A stretch of 64,000 bases of DNA, taken from the NCBI GenBank assembly GCA_973895155.1, contig OZ316893.1, positions 22,479,844-22,543,843 on the forward strand. The letters are read 5' to 3'. Below are positions 61,801 through 64,000 of the stretch, piece after piece; position 1 is the stretch's first letter, and the number at the start of each line of letters is the position of its first letter. Source of the DNA: Marsupella aquatica. Its lineage: Eukaryota > Plantae > Marchantiophyta. Made by a program: the position numbers and the translations under genes. The notes below the pieces were generated by a model. The model worked only from the letters and a program-made list of their open reading frames with translations, did not search any database and was not told the origin of the DNA.

Positions 61801-62699
61801 ATTTGGCGACTATCGCATGAAGGTGTGGATTGAGTTGAGCAGCTAGGTTACATGAAAGCCCTCAAGTTCAGGATGACGAGCTGTACAGGGGATCTTTACT
61901 CATGATGTGCTTCATATCTGCAGACGTTACTGGTGGAGTTGATGAAAAAACTGGATTCAGAACTGAAACACGAAGTCTGTCATTGGGCAGCTTTTTATGT
62001 AAGGTTTTTGACCATAGCGTTAGAGAGCCAAGAGTGCGCTGTTGGGAATAATATGTAGTCTTTTTGAATGATTATATCGCCTTTGAAATTTAGACGGCCC
62101 CGCAATTTTATTTTGCATGTCATTCACATCTTCGTTTTAGTCCTGAATTTCTGCTTCAGCCGTCAAAGGTAACCTTATTCTCTGTGGTTTGCAGGAACAT
62201 CGAATGCAGCTTGGACAAAAAAGTATTTTTCATTTAGAAGGTACTGCGTTTTGAACCCAAGAGGAGTAGTTTGATCAAACAGGGACTTCATAAGAATGAT
62301 TGCTTATTGCGAAAGGTCACTTGATTATTGTATTTGAGCCGGAAGATTTGGGCTGGCGCCTTCTCTGGGTAATATGGCTTCAGAAGCTAGCAGGATCAAG
62401 TCATAGCCGTCATTGAAGCAGCTGGAGGCTTGGTCGATAGAATAGTAAAATGAAATCCAGGGGGAAAAAAAACAGAAAGAAGTAAAATCTCGGTGAAGTG
62501 TCATACCTGAAGCTCAGTTCTGAATTGTCCGCCGGGTTTGAATTACAAACATATGTTGGGACCGACAATATTATGTTTCATCTAATTTTTTAACTGACTC
62601 TCTACTAACTTCAGGTGCTTTTGTTGGCTCTGCTGTGCAGCATTTGTGGCCAAGTTCATGAGCATCTACAAGAGATTTCTGATTGCGACTTTTGGTTGA
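58839..62699 (+). CDS. RFC3: Replication factor C small subunit (human RFC3 / yeast RFC5 type); exons 58839-58922, 59239-59349, 59705-59737, 60041-60209, 60483-60664, 60980-61116, 61451-61549, 61696-61765, 61924-61998, 62195-62240, 62641-62699
   Basis: [24 protein letters not shown] (divergent Walker A), [38 protein letters not shown], and [22 protein letters not shown]. All introns are GT-AG and in phase. Confidence 0.96.
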
Positions 62700-64000
62700 T
62701 GAGAGTTTCTGAATTCTGTAATGCCATCCTATCCCACAAAATCACCTCCTCACATGTAGCGACTGAAAAAGTGGCACCACCCAAGTGCCATTGGGGTGCT
62801 TGGGTGTTTGGTTTGTGGTATTTATGGGGGAGGCCCCATCGTAGAGAGGGAGGACTCACTTTGAAGTTAGAGGGGAAGGATAGCGGATAGCATTAGGAGC
62901 TTGAGAGTGTGTTCAAAGTAGTGAGGTGGAAGCCATACTCATTGTCCAGTGAGGCAGGAGTTGGGTAGACGGCAGAGGCCGGGTTACTCATGCAATGTGT
63001 ATCACTTTCACCAAAAGATATGGATCTGGACATTTTACTTGATGGATTTCTTTTGTGTGAGTCCTCTCCCTTTTCCTTCTCCGTAGTTGTGTTCTCCCTT
63101 GTATGATTTGAAGAAACTTGCATGGTTTGGGTAGTCCTTGTGAGTAGGGGTGGTGATAGCACCCTTTGGACAACCCTGAGTGGGAATGGGAAGAGAGTAG
63201 TTGGCAGGTCTTGATCAAAAGTTGTGGGGTGTAGTAGTCGGTAGACTGATCAAAATGTACATTTCCGGGAGCAAAAACTAAACTACTCATTCTTGGTGTG
63301 AGAATAATCCAAATAGTGACCTTCAGTCGTACCCCGTACACGATACAAACAATTTAGTAGAGAAAATCACATAATTGTCATCTTAATCGTTTGATAAGCA
63401 ATTGACAATGGCAAGGGATTATTCCATTTTGACTATTGAAACAGCAGGAGTTCAATGCTACCAAGTATCCATATGAGTAAATTCAAAACAAAATCCAATT
63501 TCCAAGTATGATGTCAAATTGTCTAAGTATTAACTTCTCAACAGGAGAAGGAGTCTGCAGTTCTACTCACAGCAGGTCAAGGCTCAACAGGAGCACCTAA
63601 GGAGGAGCTTCTATGCTTCCAACAGAAACTGAGAACTGAAAAAGAAAGTTAATTGTCATCCTATTTAAGATGCTAGAGGAAAAGGGGAAAGATCCCAATA
63701 GGTAAGTATCATTTCCGGTTTTCATGGAAGGAAAAGTAACTGTCATTAAAATCCGAAAGTGATAAAGGAAGATCCAAAAATAAGTACAAGGCAAAATCCG
63801 GAAATGGATTTCCGGGTCTACTACAAAATCCAGATTTTGATCCTAATCGGATCTGGAAATGCTAACTCTAACTTCTAATGAACTACAAAACTACTGGAGA
63901 ATCATCTTCTATCTCTACTCTAACTGGCTCACGCCATGGGCCCTCACTCTATGTATACTAAGTGTACCCCCCTGCGCTCGAACCCCCCTTGCCTACCCCT

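Noticed and set aside
63700-63870. Clustered ATCCGG/ATCCAG motifs resembling a DNA-transposon subterminal region
   Set aside because: No TIR or TSD could be identified within the window.

Overview
Eukaryotic land-plant nuclear DNA, not prokaryotic. The gene style suggests a non-seed plant, possibly a liverwort, but that is a guess. Six host genes can be read by hand: plastid ribosomal protein S5 (2 exons), an intronless conserved plant protein of UCP012943 type, chlorophyll b reductase NOL (13 exons, one GC-AG intron), the WD40 adaptor CDT2/DTL, an intronless secretory-type cyclophilin, and an RFC small subunit (human RFC3/yeast RFC5 type, 11 exons). The 36-54 kb block is a transposon island. 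It holds two convergent solo LTRs, a very young Tork-like Ty1/copia element whose gag and pol are split by one in-frame TGA, a run of unrelated gene fragments (trihelix/Myb, GluRS, GH1 beta-glucosidase), and a decayed Bianca-type copia with 109-bp LTRs. Intergenic DNA holds MITE-like inverted-repeat elements, a minisatellite, hairpins and several two-copy duplications of 166-217 bp. The strongest leads are the gag/pol stop with a candidate in-frame 45-nt micro-intron, the duplication-born uORF that copies the RFC N-terminus, and the gene-fragment cluster. All calls come from manual reading and remembered family motifs; no database search was run.
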